Source: Mobula hypostoma (Eukaryota). From it: a DNA stretch of 64,000 nucleotides. The position numbers and the translations under genes are program-made. The stretch spans positions 115,942,001-116,006,000 of the forward strand of contig NC_086097.1 in NCBI RefSeq assembly GCF_963921235.1. Direction: 5' to 3'. The notes under the pieces were generated by a model, which was not told where the DNA came from, did no database searches, and saw nothing but the letters and a program-made list of their open reading frames with translations. Below, one piece after another: positions 11,996-24,078 of the stretch; the stretch's first letter is position 1, and each line of letters begins with the position of its first letter.

Positions 11996-13889
11996 CAAAG
12001 GGCCTGTTTCCATGCTGTATCTGAAGGCTATTTGGATATGCAAGTGGCTGAGGCCTTCCAGTTTCATAGGCCTGACTTGGTGATAAGAAAGACCCTTCCC
12101 TCTTTGATGACTTATGATTATAAGCTTAACACCTAAGTTTAGTCGTGGGAAAAGTAAAAGGAAGTGAATGCATGCAGTGGGCTGGAATGAGCACAATCCA
12201 GTCTGATAGGGGGATAAAAAATAATAATTAGTTAAAACTGAAGGCACAAATTTTTGCAGTAAACATTCACTGCAAAATAGATGAATTGATAGTACCAGAC
12301 TAAAATAAAAGATGTTGACCTAATAGCCATTTGTGAAGATGTGGGTGGAGAATGTGAAAGGAATGAAATATTCCAGAACAGAATGGATCTTGTGTCTGGA
12401 GAAGTTATTGAACTGCCCTCCCTGTTCTCCATGAAGAGAGAACTAGGCATATGGTTGGTAGGGCAATTGGTGCTGAGGAAAAGTTTCTATAAATTATTAA
12501 AACAGAAGATATATAGTGAACTTGGAGATAGAAACATGCCCAAGTTTGGGCTAAATTTATACTTGAATATCTTGCTGTATCTTGCTTTAGTTTACAGGTA
12601 AATTCAATTGAGGCCCAGGTGTTTTAAAATAGCTGTACTACACAAACACATTTTCATAACAAAGAAAACATTTTTAGTAATTATTGTCGGGATTCTACAT
12701 TTCGAAGGGTCTCGGCCCGAAACGTTGACCGTATTCTTTTCCATAGATGCTGCCTGGCCTGCTGAGTTCCTCCAGCATCTTGTGTATGTTGTTTGGAATG
12801 TCATGTCTTTTTTGGGTCTTCCATTTGCTAAAGCTCAGGGGCATTAGATTTGCATGCAAGGATATGGAATTTACGCCAGGACACCAATTCTGTGTTTTTC
12901 AGTCACAGAAACAGAAGGAAGTCTTTTAGTCCTTCAAGCCTTCAATATAATCAAGGGTGGTTATTTAAATGCTACACCCTCTTTCAGTGTTCTCCCCATA
13001 TCCCCTAGTCCCTCGGTTAATGGTAGGGACATAGCATAAAAAAAAGTTTGGGAACCTTGGTCTACAGCATCATGGATTCATGGAGTTATGGAGTCATAGA
13101 GCATCACAGCACAAAAACAGGCCCTTCGGCCTATCTAGTCCATTACAACCTTATTGTCTGCCTAGTCCCATCTACCTGCACCTGGACCATAGCCTTCCAA
13201 ACCCTCCTCATCCAAGTCCTTAAATGTTGTGGAATGTTGTGATTGAGCCCTCATCCATCACTTCTGCTGGAAACTTATTCTACGCTCTCATGCTGGAAGC
13301 TCATTCTACACTCTCATCACCCTCTGAGTGAAGAGTCTCCACAATTTCTCCTGAAATATTTCACCTTTCACCCTAAACCTATGATCTCCAGTTCTATCAC
13401 ACCCAATTTCAGACCCCAGAGAGCAATACTTTATTTCTTCTGGAATGTTTTATAGATTTGTCATCAATTATTTTCTGTTGTTGGAATTTTCTGTGGAAGA
13501 AATTTCTCCCATTTCTTATCTTCTCATTGTTAGACCCTTGGTCTTTACTCCTCATATAGAAGGAACATTTCTCCTGCATCTAAATTGTTTAGTCCTATTC
13601 AAATGTTGCAGGCTTATTAGGTTCTCTTATTCTTCTAAAGGCCATTAAAAAATCAACCTAATCGATCCAATGTCTCTTCATTCTCCAGTCCTGGCATCCC
13701 AGGAATTGTAAACATTCACTGAAATCCCTCCTTCAATAAGAGCACTCAAGCTGTAGTTTCAGCAATTTGCTGTCTTATTGCAGTGAGATGTCTCTGCTCC
13801 AACACTTGAGTACTTTTGTTCTGAAGATCAGCATACTATTTGCATTCTTAATCACTTGTTGTATCTGCATGCTCCCATTCAGTGACTGT

Positions 13890-14416
13890 AGGGTGAAGGG
13901 GATGGAGGCTAGCTGGAAGGTGATAGGTGAAGACAGGTGGCTGGGAAAGGTCAAGGGCAGGAGAAGAAGGAATCTGTTAGGAAAAGAGAGTGGACCATAG
14001 GAGAAAGGAAAGGAGAAGGGGAACCGGGGAAAGTAATAGGCAGGTGAGAAATGGTAAAAAGTTACTGTGGGGAATAGAGGAGATAGAGAGATTGAATTTT
14101 TTTTATCAAATGAAGAAATCGATATTCATGCCAGAAGGTTGGAGGCTACCCAGATAGAATATAAGTTGCTTCTCCACCCTGAGGGTGACTTTATCTTGTC
14201 AGAATGGGAATGGGAAGTGGAATTAAAATGTTTGGCCACCGGAAAGTTCTGCTTCTCTCAATCCGCCATCTTTCAGATAATAAACACAAGAGATTCTCCA
14301 GATGCTGAAAATCTAGAGCAACACACACAAATGCTGGAGGAACTCAGCAGGTCAGGCTGCATCTATAGAGAGGAATAAACAATGGACGTTTGGGGCCAAG
14401 ACCCTTCATCAAGACC
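13890..14416 (-). mobile_element. Penelope-like 3' fragments
   Basis: Matches the GIY-YIG end/3' UTR and the tail atagatgcagcctgacctgctgagttcctccagc; hammerhead remnant at 14380-14416. Confidence 0.75.
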
Positions 14417-14569
14417 CTTTTGGATAATCTGCTTCTCTGTTATTGCCATCGGATTGAATAAGCTCATTTTTTATCTACGTTATCCTATATCTGCCTATTC
14501 CCTCAACCTGCATAGATCAATCTGGACCTTGTCTGCATCCAAGCCTTAGCTCTTAATACTTGTATTTAT

Positions 14570-14907
14570 TTCTTTCTTTCTTTATTTATCTATCTATCTA
14601 CCAATCTATCTTTTTATTTGCTGATTTATTGAGATACAGTGCAGAATAAGCCCTTCTAGCTCCTTGAGCCCCGCCACCCAGGAATCTCCTGATTTAATCC
14701 CATCCTAGTCATGGGACAATTTACAATGACCAATCAACCTACAAACCATTATGTCTTTGGACTGTTGCGAGGAAACCAGAGCACCCAGAAGAAACCCGCA
14801 CTGTAATGGGGAGGACATACAAATTCCTTATACGCAGTGGCAGGAATTGAACCTGGGTTGCCTGTACTGCAAAGTGTTGTGCTAACCATTACGCTCCTGT
14901 GCCACCC
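14570..14907 (-). mobile_element. tRNA-derived V-SINE (HE1-like)
   Basis: Minus strand gggtggcacaggagcgtaatggttagc...ggttcaattcc (A/B-box-like) followed by V-domain-like gcgggtttcttctgggtgctctggtttcctc; A-rich tail. Confidence 0.8.
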
Positions 14908-16778
14908 AACATGCAGCATGCACGTGGAAGGCAAGGACTATTTAAGTAAGAGCAGGTCTTCATAACATCATATGTTTTGCTGTAAATAAAAAGATCCTGT
15001 CTGCTCCATGATGTAGGTGTAAACATCCCCAGTCTTGGTCCAAGCACAGGTACTTTGGACAAGAAAATATTGGTTACTACCTCATTAATAATAAAATAGT
15101 TACAAATTAACATTGAATTGCTCAAGTTTAATCTCTTGCAACAGTTCAAGTTTAGGTTCCTTAGCCATTTTCCTTTGCCCCCTCTCCTATTATAATCTAA
15201 ATCACAATTGCAACAAGTAATACTCCCATTTGACGTTGACCCATACAGCGTTACCGACCTCTTCATATTTTGCTCCTTGCAGCTATACCCTATTTGCACA
15301 GTTTAAAAAGTGCTGAAGAATTTCCAGTCTCCTAACGCCAACAGAAGTTAATCAAACATCATTCAATTTAAAGGCAAAGATATTATCATGATGGGTTTTG
15401 ATAGGTCCTGGATCCATTAATTAGTTCATATTTGTTTTATATAAAGTAAAAAAAAACATATTTCAAATGCATTCAGAAGATCTGTCACACAGTCCTGCTG
15501 CCTGAGCTACCACAAAGCATTGTTGATGAGAACATTATGTTATCGGCAATAAGTTAATGGCTGTAATCTATTCCCTTTCACTTTCAAGGAAGACATGATT
15601 TAAAAGGAATACACAGTTCAAAAATCTGTATTAAATCCAGAAATGCTTCCTTGGAGCACGGAAACAAAAGGACTTCTTTAGGCCTCTGACCCTGGCTAGG
15701 GACAGGATGAAGCTGATGGCAAGGGAGTGGAGCTTGTGATGGTGTCCATATTTTTAGTTGAGAAATCGGGTCAGTCATCATTGTTTCTACCAGTGCTCAA
15801 GTAGGGAAAAAAAATAAGTCTCTAAATTCAGCACAAATTCCAAGAGCCCATTTTAAAGAGATTGTTGATGTGATAACCTGCATATCACAGTAGAGTGCAG
15901 GTCATGTATACAGCTGGAGGAACACAGACTGGGTAGTTGACATAGAAACATAGAAAACCTACAGCAAAATACGGGCCCTTTGGCTCATAAAGCTGTGGCG
16001 AACATGTCCTTACCTTAGAACTACCTAGGCTTACACATAGCCTTCTGTTTTTCTAAGTTACATGTACCTATCCTGGAGTCTCTTAAAAGACCATATCGTT
16101 TCCGCCTCCATCACCACCATTGGCAGCCCATTCCATGCACTCACTACTCTCTGCGTAAAAAAACTTACCCCTGACATCTCCTCTGTACCTACCTCCAAGC
16201 ACCTTAAAACTATGCCCTCTCATGCTAGCCATTTCAGCCCTGGGAAAAAGCCTCTGACTATCCACACGATCAAAGCCCCTCATCATCTTATGTACCTCTA
16301 TTAGGTCACTTCTCATCCTTGGTTGCTCCAAGGAGAAAAGGCCAAGTTCACTCAATCTATTCTCATAAGGCATGCTCCCCAATCCAGGCAACAACCTTGT
16401 AAATCTGCTCTGCACCCGTTCTATAGTTTCCACGTCCTTCCTGTAGTGAAGCGACCAGAATAGAGCACAGTACTCCAAGAGGGGTCTGCCAAGTTCCTAT
16501 ATAGCTGCAACATTACCTCGTGGCTCCTAAATTCAATCCCATAGTTGATGAAGGCCAATGCACCGTATGCCTTCTTAACTACAGAGTAAACCTGTGCAGC
16601 AGCTTTGAGTATCCTATGGACTCGGACCCCAAGATCCCTCTTAATCTCCACACTGCCGAGAGTCTTTGTCATAGTCCGGTCCGTGAAGTCCATATTCCAG
16701 TTCACGGTCCGGTCCATCGACCCTTGCTCCAGCTTTTCCTGTCTACCCTGTTTCTGTCTTGTTGAGTTCTAATTGAGG

Positions 16779-16812
16779 CAGCTGATGCTCGTTGGGGCTG
16801 GCTGCATAAATA
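16779..16812 (+). promoter_or_regulatory. Putative LTR promoter (E-box CAGCTG + TATA-like CATAAATA)
   Basis: cagctg 16779-16784 and cataaata 16805-16812, ~140 bp inside the TG terminus. Confidence 0.4.
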
Positions 16813-17206
16813 CCTTCAGAGACCAGAGCATTGCTGCTGGATTGTTCTTGTCCTTACTCCTTGTTTCCCTTCCTCTGCCTTCTGTTTCCTCGCCTGAAGC
16901 CCTGCCATGTTTTGCCGGTAACTCTCGCCTCGTCTCGCCTGCAGTCTTGTCCTGGAGCCACCCTGTACCTAGCTCCCTTCCTGTCCCTTGCCTCCGCCCA
17001 GGTAAGCCAGGCCGTCTTGCCGTTACCTGTGGTTGGTTCTGTCTCTTCCTGTCCCTTGCCTCCGCCCAGGTAAGCCAGGCCGTCTTGCCATTACCTGGGG
17101 TTGGTTCTGACCCTTCCTGTCCCTTGACTCTGTTGGGTGGTGATCTGTGCCCTGCCCAGGAGTACCGTGCCCTGCCCAGGAGATCCGTGCCCTACCCAGG
17201 AGGAGC

Positions 17207-20200
17207 CTGCCAAGCCTTGCCTCAAGTCTCCAGCCTCCAGCCAAGCCTTGCCTCAAGTCTCCAGCCTCCAGCCAAGCCTTGCCTCAAGTCTCAAGCCTCA
17301 CCTCGCCTCAAGTCTCCAGCCTCACCTCGCCTCAAGTCTCCAGCCTCCAGCCTCGCCTCGCCTCATCTCCAGCCTCCAGCGTCCAGCCTCGCCTCGTCTC
17401 CAGCCTCCAATCTCACCTCGTCTCAATCCTCCAGCCTCCAGCCTCACCTCAAGTCTCCAGCCTCCAGCCTCACCTCAAGTCTCCAGCCTCTCCTCAAGTC
17501 TCCAACCTCCAGCCTCGCCTCAAGTCTCAAGTCTCCAGCCTCGCCTCACCTCAAGTCTCCAGCCTCGCCTCGCCTCAAGTCTTCAGCCTCGCTTTGCCTC
17601 AAGTCTCCAGCCTCCAGCCTCCAGCCTCGCCTCGTCTCCAGCCTCCAGCCTCGCCTCGTCTCCAGCCGCCAGCCTCGCCTCGTCTCCAGACTCCAACCTC
17701 GCCTCAAGTCTCAAGCCTCCAGCCTCCAGCCTCACCTCCTCTCCAGCCTCCAGCCTCGCCTCAAGTCTCCAGCCTCACCTCAAGTCTCCAGCCTCCAGCC
17801 TTGCCTCGCTTCGTCTCCAGCCTCCAGCCTCCAACCTCGCCTCGTCTCCAGCCTCCAGCCTCGCCTCAAGTCTCCAGCCTCCAGCCTCGACTCAAGTCTC
17901 CAGCCTCCAGCCTCGCCTTGCCTCAAGTCTCCAGCCTCCAGCCTCCAGCCTCGCCTCAACTCCAGCCTCCAACCTCGCCTCAAGTCTCCAGCCTCACCTC
18001 AAGTCTCCAGCCTCCAACGTTGCCTCGCTTCGTCTCCAGCCTCCAGCCTCGCCTCAAGTCTCCAGCCTCCAGCCTCGCCTTGCCTCAAGTCTCCAGCCTC
18101 CAGCCTCGCCTCGCCTCATCTCCAGCCTCCAGCCTTGCCTCGCTTCATCTCCAGCCTCCAGCCTCCAGCCTCGCCTCGTCTCCAGCCTCCAACCTCGCCT
18201 CAAGTCTCCAGCCTCCAGCCTCGCCTCAAGTCTCCATCCTCCAGCCTCACCTTACCTCAAGGCTCCAGCCTCCAGCCTCGCCTTGCCTCGTTTCCAGCCT
18301 CCAGCCTCGCCTCGTCTCCAGCCTCGAGCCTTGCCTCGCTTCGTCTCCAGCCTCCAGCCTCCAGCCTCGCCTCGTCTCCATCCTCCAACCTCGCCTCAAG
18401 TCTCCAGCCTCCAGCCTCGCCTCGCCTCGTCTCCAGCCTCCAGCCTTGCCTCGCTTTGTCTCCAGCCTCCAGCCTCGCCTCGTCTCCAGCCTCCAACCTC
18501 ACCTCAAGTCTCCAGCCTCCAGCCTTGCCTCGTGTCGTCTCCAGCCTCCAGCCTTGCCTCGCTTCGTCTCCAGCCTCCAGCCTCACCTCGTCTCCAGCCT
18601 CCAGCCTCGCCTCAAGTCTCCAGCCTCCAGCCTCGCCTTGCCTCAAGTCTCCAGCCTCCAGCCTCGCCTTGCCTCAAGTCTCCAGCCTCCAGCCTCGCCT
18701 CGCCTCGTCTCCAGCCTCCAGCCTTGCCTCGCTTTGTCTCCAGCCTCCAGCCTCCAGCCTCCAGCCTTGCCTCGTCTCCAGCCTCCAACCTCGCCTCAAG
18801 TCTCCAGCCTCCAGCCTCGCCTCAAGTCTCCAGCTTCCAGCCTTGTCTCAAGTCTCCAGTATCCAGTTTCACCTCAAGTCTCCAGCCTCCAGCCTCACCT
18901 CACCTCAAGTCTCCAGCCTCCAGCCTTGCCTCGCTTCGTCTCCAGCCTCCAGCCTCGCCTCAAGTCTCCAGCTTCCAGCCTTGTCTCAAGTCTCCAGCCT
19001 CCAGTCTCCCCTCAAGTCTCCAGCCTCCAGCCTCACCTCAAATCTCCAGCCTCCAGTCGTGCCTCAAGTCTCAAGTCTCCAGCCTCCAGCCTCACCTTGC
19101 CTCAAGTCTCAAGTCTCCAGCCTCGCCTCAAGTCTCCAGCCTCGCCTCATCTCCAGCCTCCAACCTCGCCTCAAGTCTCCAGCCTCCAGACTCCAGCCTC
19201 GCCTCAAGTCTGCAGCCTCCAGACTCCAGCCTCGCCTCAAGTCTCCAGTCTCCAGCCTCCAGCCTCAGCTTGCCTCAAGTCTCCAGCCTCCAGCCTCGCC
19301 TTGCCACAAGTCTCCAGCCTCCAGCCTTGCCTCGCTTCGTCTCCAGCCTCCAGCCTCCAGCCTCGCCTCGTCTCCAGCCTCGCCTCAAGTCTCCAGCCTC
19401 CAGCCTCGCCTTGCCACAAGTCTCCAGCCTCCAGCCTTGCCTCGCTTTGTCTCCAGCCTCCAGCCTCGCCTCGTCTCCAGCCTCCAACCTCACCTCAAGT
19501 CTCCAGCCTCCAGCCTTGCCTCGTGTCGTCTCCAGCCTCCAGCCTTGCCTCGCTTCGTCTCCAGCCTCCAGCCTCACCTCGTCTCCAGCCTCCAGCCTCG
19601 CCTCAAGTCTCCAGCCTCCAGCCTCGCCTTGCCTCAAGTCTCCAGCCTCCAGCCTCGCCTTGCCTCAAGTCTCCAGCCTCCAGCCTCGCCTCGCCTCGTC
19701 TCCAGCCTCCAGCCTTGCCTCGCTTTGTCTCCAGCCTCCAGCCTCCAGCCTCCAGCCTTGCCTCGTCTCCAGCCTCCAACCTCGCCTCAAGTCTCCAGCC
19801 TCCAGCCTCGCCTCAAGTCTCCAGCTTCCAGCCTTGTCTCAAGTCTCCAGTATCCAGTTTCACCTCAAGTCTCCAGCCTCCAGCCTCACCTCACCTCAAG
19901 TCTCCAGCCTCCAGCCTTGCCTCGCTTCGTCTCCAGCCTCCAGCCTCGCCTCAAGTCTCCAGCTTCCAGCCTTGTCTCAAGTCTCCAGCCTCCAGTCTCC
20001 CCTCAAGTCTCCAGCCTCCAGCCTCACCTCAAATCTCCAGCCTCCAGTCGTGCCTCAAGTCTCAAGTCTCCAGCCTCCAGCCTCACCTTGCCTCAAGTCT
20101 CAAGTCTCCAGCCTCGCCTCAAGTCTCCAGCCTCGCCTCATCTCCAGCCTCCAACCTCGCCTCAAGTCTCCAGCCTCCAGACTCCAGCCTCGCCTCAAGT

Positions 20201-21585
20201 CTGCAGCCTCCAGACTCCAGCCTCGCCTCAAGTCTCCAGTCTCCAGCCTCCAGCCTCAGCTTGCCTCAAGTCTCCAGCCTCCAGCCTCGCCTTGCCACAA
20301 GTCTCCAGCCTCCAGCCTTGCCTCGCTTCGTCTCCAGCCTCCAGCCTCCAGCCTCGCCTCGTCTCCAGCCTCGCCTCAAGTCTCCAGCCTCCAGCCTCGC
20401 CTCAAGTCTCCATCCTCCAGCCTCGCCTTTCCTCAAGTCTCCAGCCTCCAGCCTCGCCTCACCTCGTCTCCAGCCTCCAACCTCGCCTCAAGTCTCCAGC
20501 CTCCAGCCACGCCTCAAGTCTCCAGCCTCCAGCCACGCCTCAAGTCTCCAGCCTCCAGCCTCGCCTCAAGTCTCCAGCCTCCAGCCTCGCCTTGCCTCAA
20601 GTCTCCAGCCTCCAGCCTCACCTCGCCTCGTCTCCAGCCTCCAGCCTTGCCTCGCTTCATCTCCATCCTCCAGCCTCCAGCCTCGCCTCGTCTCCAGCCT
20701 CCAACCTCGCCTCAAGTCTCCAGCCTCCAGCCTCGCCTCGCCTCGTCTCCAGCCTCCAGCCTTGCCTCGCTTCGTCTCCAGCCTCCAGCCTCCAGCCTCG
20801 CCTCGTCTCCAGCCTCCAACCTCGCCTCAAGTCTCCAGCCTCCAGCCTCGCCTCAAGTCTCCAGCTTCCAGCCTTGTCTCAAGTCTCCAGCCTCCAGCCT
20901 CACCTCGCCTCAAGTCTCCAGCCTCCAGCCTTGCCTTGCTTCGTCTCCAGCCTCCAACCTCGCCTCGTCTCCAGCCTCCAGCCTCGCCTCAAGTCTCCAG
21001 CTTCCAGCCTTGTCTCAAGTCTCCAGCCTCCAGTCTCCCTTCAAGTCTCCAGCCTCCAGCCTCGCCTCAAATCTCCAGCCTCCAGCCTCCAGCCGCGCCT
21101 CAAGTCTCCAGCCTCACCTCAAGTCTCCAGCCTCGCCTCATCTCCAGCCTCCAACCTCGCCTCAAGTCTCCAGCCTCCAGACTCCAGCCTCGCCACAAGT
21201 CTGCAGCCTCCAGACTCCAGCCTCGCCTCAAGTCTGCAGCCTCCAGCCTCTTGCCTCGCCTCAAGTCTGCAACCTCCAGCCTCTTGCCTCGCCTCAAGTC
21301 TCCAGTCTCCAGCCTCGCCTTGCCACAAGTCTCCAGCCTCCAGCCTCGCCTTGCCTCAAGTCTCCAGCCTCCAGCCTCACCTCACCTCAAGTCTCCTGCC
21401 TCCAGCCTCCAGCCTCGCCTCGCCTCGTCTCAAGTCTCCAGCCTCCAGTCTTGCCTCGCCCCAAGCCTGAAGACTCCAGCCTCTAGCCTCTAGCCTCTTG
21501 CCAAGTCAAGCCAAGTCTCTAGCCTCTAGCTTCTAGCCTGAAGACTCCAGCCTCGTCCTGCCTGCCAGCCAAGCCTCGTCCTTGC
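17207..21585 (+). repeat. Complex C-rich minisatellite of CCAGCCT / CGCCT / CAAGTCT modules with a 991-bp higher-order duplication
   Basis: Directly visible; rare variants recur exactly 991 bp apart (cgtgtcg 18531/19522; ccttgtctcaagtctccagtatccagttt 18841/19832; aatctcc 19041/20032). Confidence 0.97.
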
Positions 21586-23671
21586 CTAGTTCTGGGGTCC
21601 GAGCCAGAGGCAAGACCCAGGTACTGGGTCCTTGTCCAGTTTCTGGCTCGGAGTCCAAGCCCGGGCTCCTAGCTCTTTTGTTCAGTCTGGTTCCAGGTTC
21701 CTGGTTTTCCTGTCAATGTCCTTTCCATCGCCCTGTTTCCTAGTCCTGTCCCTAGTACTTCAGTGCCTGTGTCTTGCACTTGGGTCCGTTCCCAGCCCCC
21801 CTCCTTATGACAGTCTTACCACTAATGCTATATTCTCCCATCATATTTGACCTACCAAAATGAACCACCTCACACTTACCTGGGTTGAACTCCATCTGCC
21901 AGTTCTCAGCACAGTTTTTCATCCTATCAATGTCCCGCTGTAACACCTGACAGCCCTCCACACTATCCACAACACCGCCAACCTTTGTGTCATCAGCAAA
22001 TTTACTAACCCATCCCTCCACTTCCTCATCCAGGTCATTTATAAACATCACAAAGAGTAGGTGTCCCAGAGCAGATCCCTGAGGCACACCACTGGTCACC
22101 GATCTCCATGCAGAATATGACCCACCTCCAACCACTCTTTGCCTTCTGTGGGCAAGCCAGTTCTGCATCCACAAAGCAATGACCCTTTGGATCCCATGCC
22201 TCCTTACTTTCTTAAAAAGCCTGGCATGGGCTACCTTATCAAATACCTTGCTGAAATCCATATACACTACATCTACTGCTCTACCTTCATCAATGTGTTT
22301 AGTCAATCCTCAAAAAATTCAGTCAGGCTCGTAAGGCACAATCTGCCTTTGACAAAGCCATGCTGACTATTCCTAATCATATTATGCCTCTCCAAATGTT
22401 CATAAATCCTGCCTCTCAGGATCTTCTCCATCAACTTACCGACTACTGAAGTAAGACTCACTGGTCTGTAATTTCCTGGGCTATCCCTAATCCCTTTCTT
22501 GAATAAGGGAACAACAACCGCAACCCTCCAATCCTCGGGAACATCTCCCGTCCTCATTGATGATACAAAGATCATCGCCAGAGGCTCAGCAATCTCCTCC
22601 CTCTCTTCCCACAGTAGCTTGGGGTACATCACGTCCGGTCCCGGTGGCTTATCCAACTTGATGCTTTCCTTAATATCTACATGCTCAAGCTTTTCAGTCC
22701 ACTGAAAGTCATCCCTACAATCACCAAGATCATTTTCTGTAGTGAATACTGAAGAAAAGTATTCATTAAGTACCTCTGCTCTCTCCTCCTGTTCCACGCT
22801 TTTCCATTGTCACACTTGATTGGTCCTCAAGTCCTATCCTCTTGCTCTTCACATACTTGTGGAATGCCTTGGCGTTTTTCTTAATCCTGTCCACCAAGGC
22901 CTTCTCATGGCCCCTTCTGGCTCTCCTAATTTCATTTTTAAACTCCTTCCTGCTAGCCTTATAATCTTCTAGATCTCTGTCATTACCTTGTTTCTTGAAC
23001 TTTCGTAAGCTCTTATATTCTTCTTGACTAGACTTACAACAGCTTTTGTACATCACGCTTCCTGTACCCTACCATCCTTTCCCTGTCTCATTGGAACGTA
23101 TCTATGCAGAACACCACACATGTATCCTCTGAATATTTGCCACATTTCTTCCGTACATTTCCCTGAGAACATCTGTTTCCAGTTTATGCTTCCAAGTTCC
23201 TTCCTGATAGCCTCATATTTCCCCTTACTCCAATAAAATGTTTCCGTAACTTGTCTATTCCCATATCTCTCCAATGTTATGGTAAAGGAGATAGAATCAC
23301 TATCTCCCAAATACTCTCCCACTGAGAGATCTGACACATGAGCAGGTTCACTTCGCAATACCAGATCAAGTACAATCTCTCCTCTTGTAGGCTTAACTAC
23401 ACATTGTGTCAAGAAACCTTCCTGAACACACCTAACAAACTCCACATCATCTAAACCCTTCACTCTAGGGAGATGCTAATCAATATTTGGGAAATTAAAA
23501 TCTCCCACCATAACAACCCTGTTATTACTATACCTTTTCAGTGTTACTATTGATGGTGTCTATTTTGTAGAGTTCGATTCCATGGTATTTCCATCAATGT
23601 AGGTAAGCCTCTCAGCCTTGCTCATTGTGTTAGTCACGTACTGGAAGATTGGCAACTCCTGTACCGATTTA

Positions 23672-24078
23672 CAAAATAAACACGGAAAAGTCTGCAGATG
23701 CTGGAAATCCAAAGCAACACGCACAAAAATGCTGGAGGAACTCAGCAGGTCAGGCAGCATCAATCAAAGTGTATAATCGACATTTTGGGCTAGGACCCTT
23801 CTTCAGGACCAGGAGGGAAAGGGGAAGATGCCAGAGTAAAAAGGTCAGGGGAACGGAAGGAGTCTGGCTAGAAGATGACAGATGAAACCTTTTGGGTGGG
23901 AAAAGCTAAGAGCTGAAGAAGTAGGAAACTGTCAGCAAAGGATAGTGAACCCCAGGAGTAAGGGAAGGAGGAGGGGAACCAGGGGACAGTAATAAGTAGG
24001 TGAGAAGATGTCAAGTTAGATGGGAGAATAGAAGGAGGGAGGGCATGGAATTTGTATGCTGGAAGGAGAAATCAATGA
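23672..24078 (-). mobile_element. Penelope-like 3' UTR/pLTR fragment with decayed hammerhead
   Basis: Minus strand ggtcctgaagaagggtcctagcccaaaatgtcgatt followed by gatgctgcctgacctgctgagttcctccagc. Confidence 0.8.

Larger units (their letters stand above)
7233..12404 (+). repeat. Local duplication, copy 2 (with copy-specific insertions and deletions)
   Basis: Colinear with 1-3380; has extra CR1 (7535-8548) and Penelope pieces (~9280-9415, ~10990-11995), and lacks the CR1 segment equivalent to ~1430-1895. Confidence 0.9.
16667..21812 (+). mobile_element. Solo-LTR-like element (probably Gypsy type) expanded to 5146 bp by an internal minisatellite
   Basis: Starts TGTCATA, ends TATGACA (7-bp inverted termini); 5-bp TSD GTCTT at 16662-16666 and 21813-21817; TATA-like cataaata near the 5' end; 3' tgcacttgggtcc...tgaca resembles fish Gypsy LTR ends. 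Confidence 0.8.
15941..23541 (-). mobile_element. CR1 LINE ORF2 (APE C-terminus + RT), 5'-truncated and decayed, interrupted by the LTR-like insertion
   Basis: ORFs 23053-23463, 22303-22797 (NYRPVSLTS), 21752-22306 (GVPQGS, KFADDTK), 16083-16478. The CR1 is continuous across 16666/21818 once the insert and one TSD copy are removed. Confidence 0.95.

Noticed and set aside
14840..14907. tRNA gene
   Set aside because: The A/B-box-like head continues into a V-SINE body; no full cloverleaf.
16773..21493. 1448-1565 aa ORFs as a genuine mucin-like host gene
   Set aside because: All three frames are open and encode permutations of the same peptides; repeat modules of 5 and 7 nt and the 991-bp duplication ignore frame; the region lies inside a TSD-bounded insertion.
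17207..21585. CRISPR-like array
   Set aside because: No unique spacers, no constant repeat length, no cas genes; vertebrate context.
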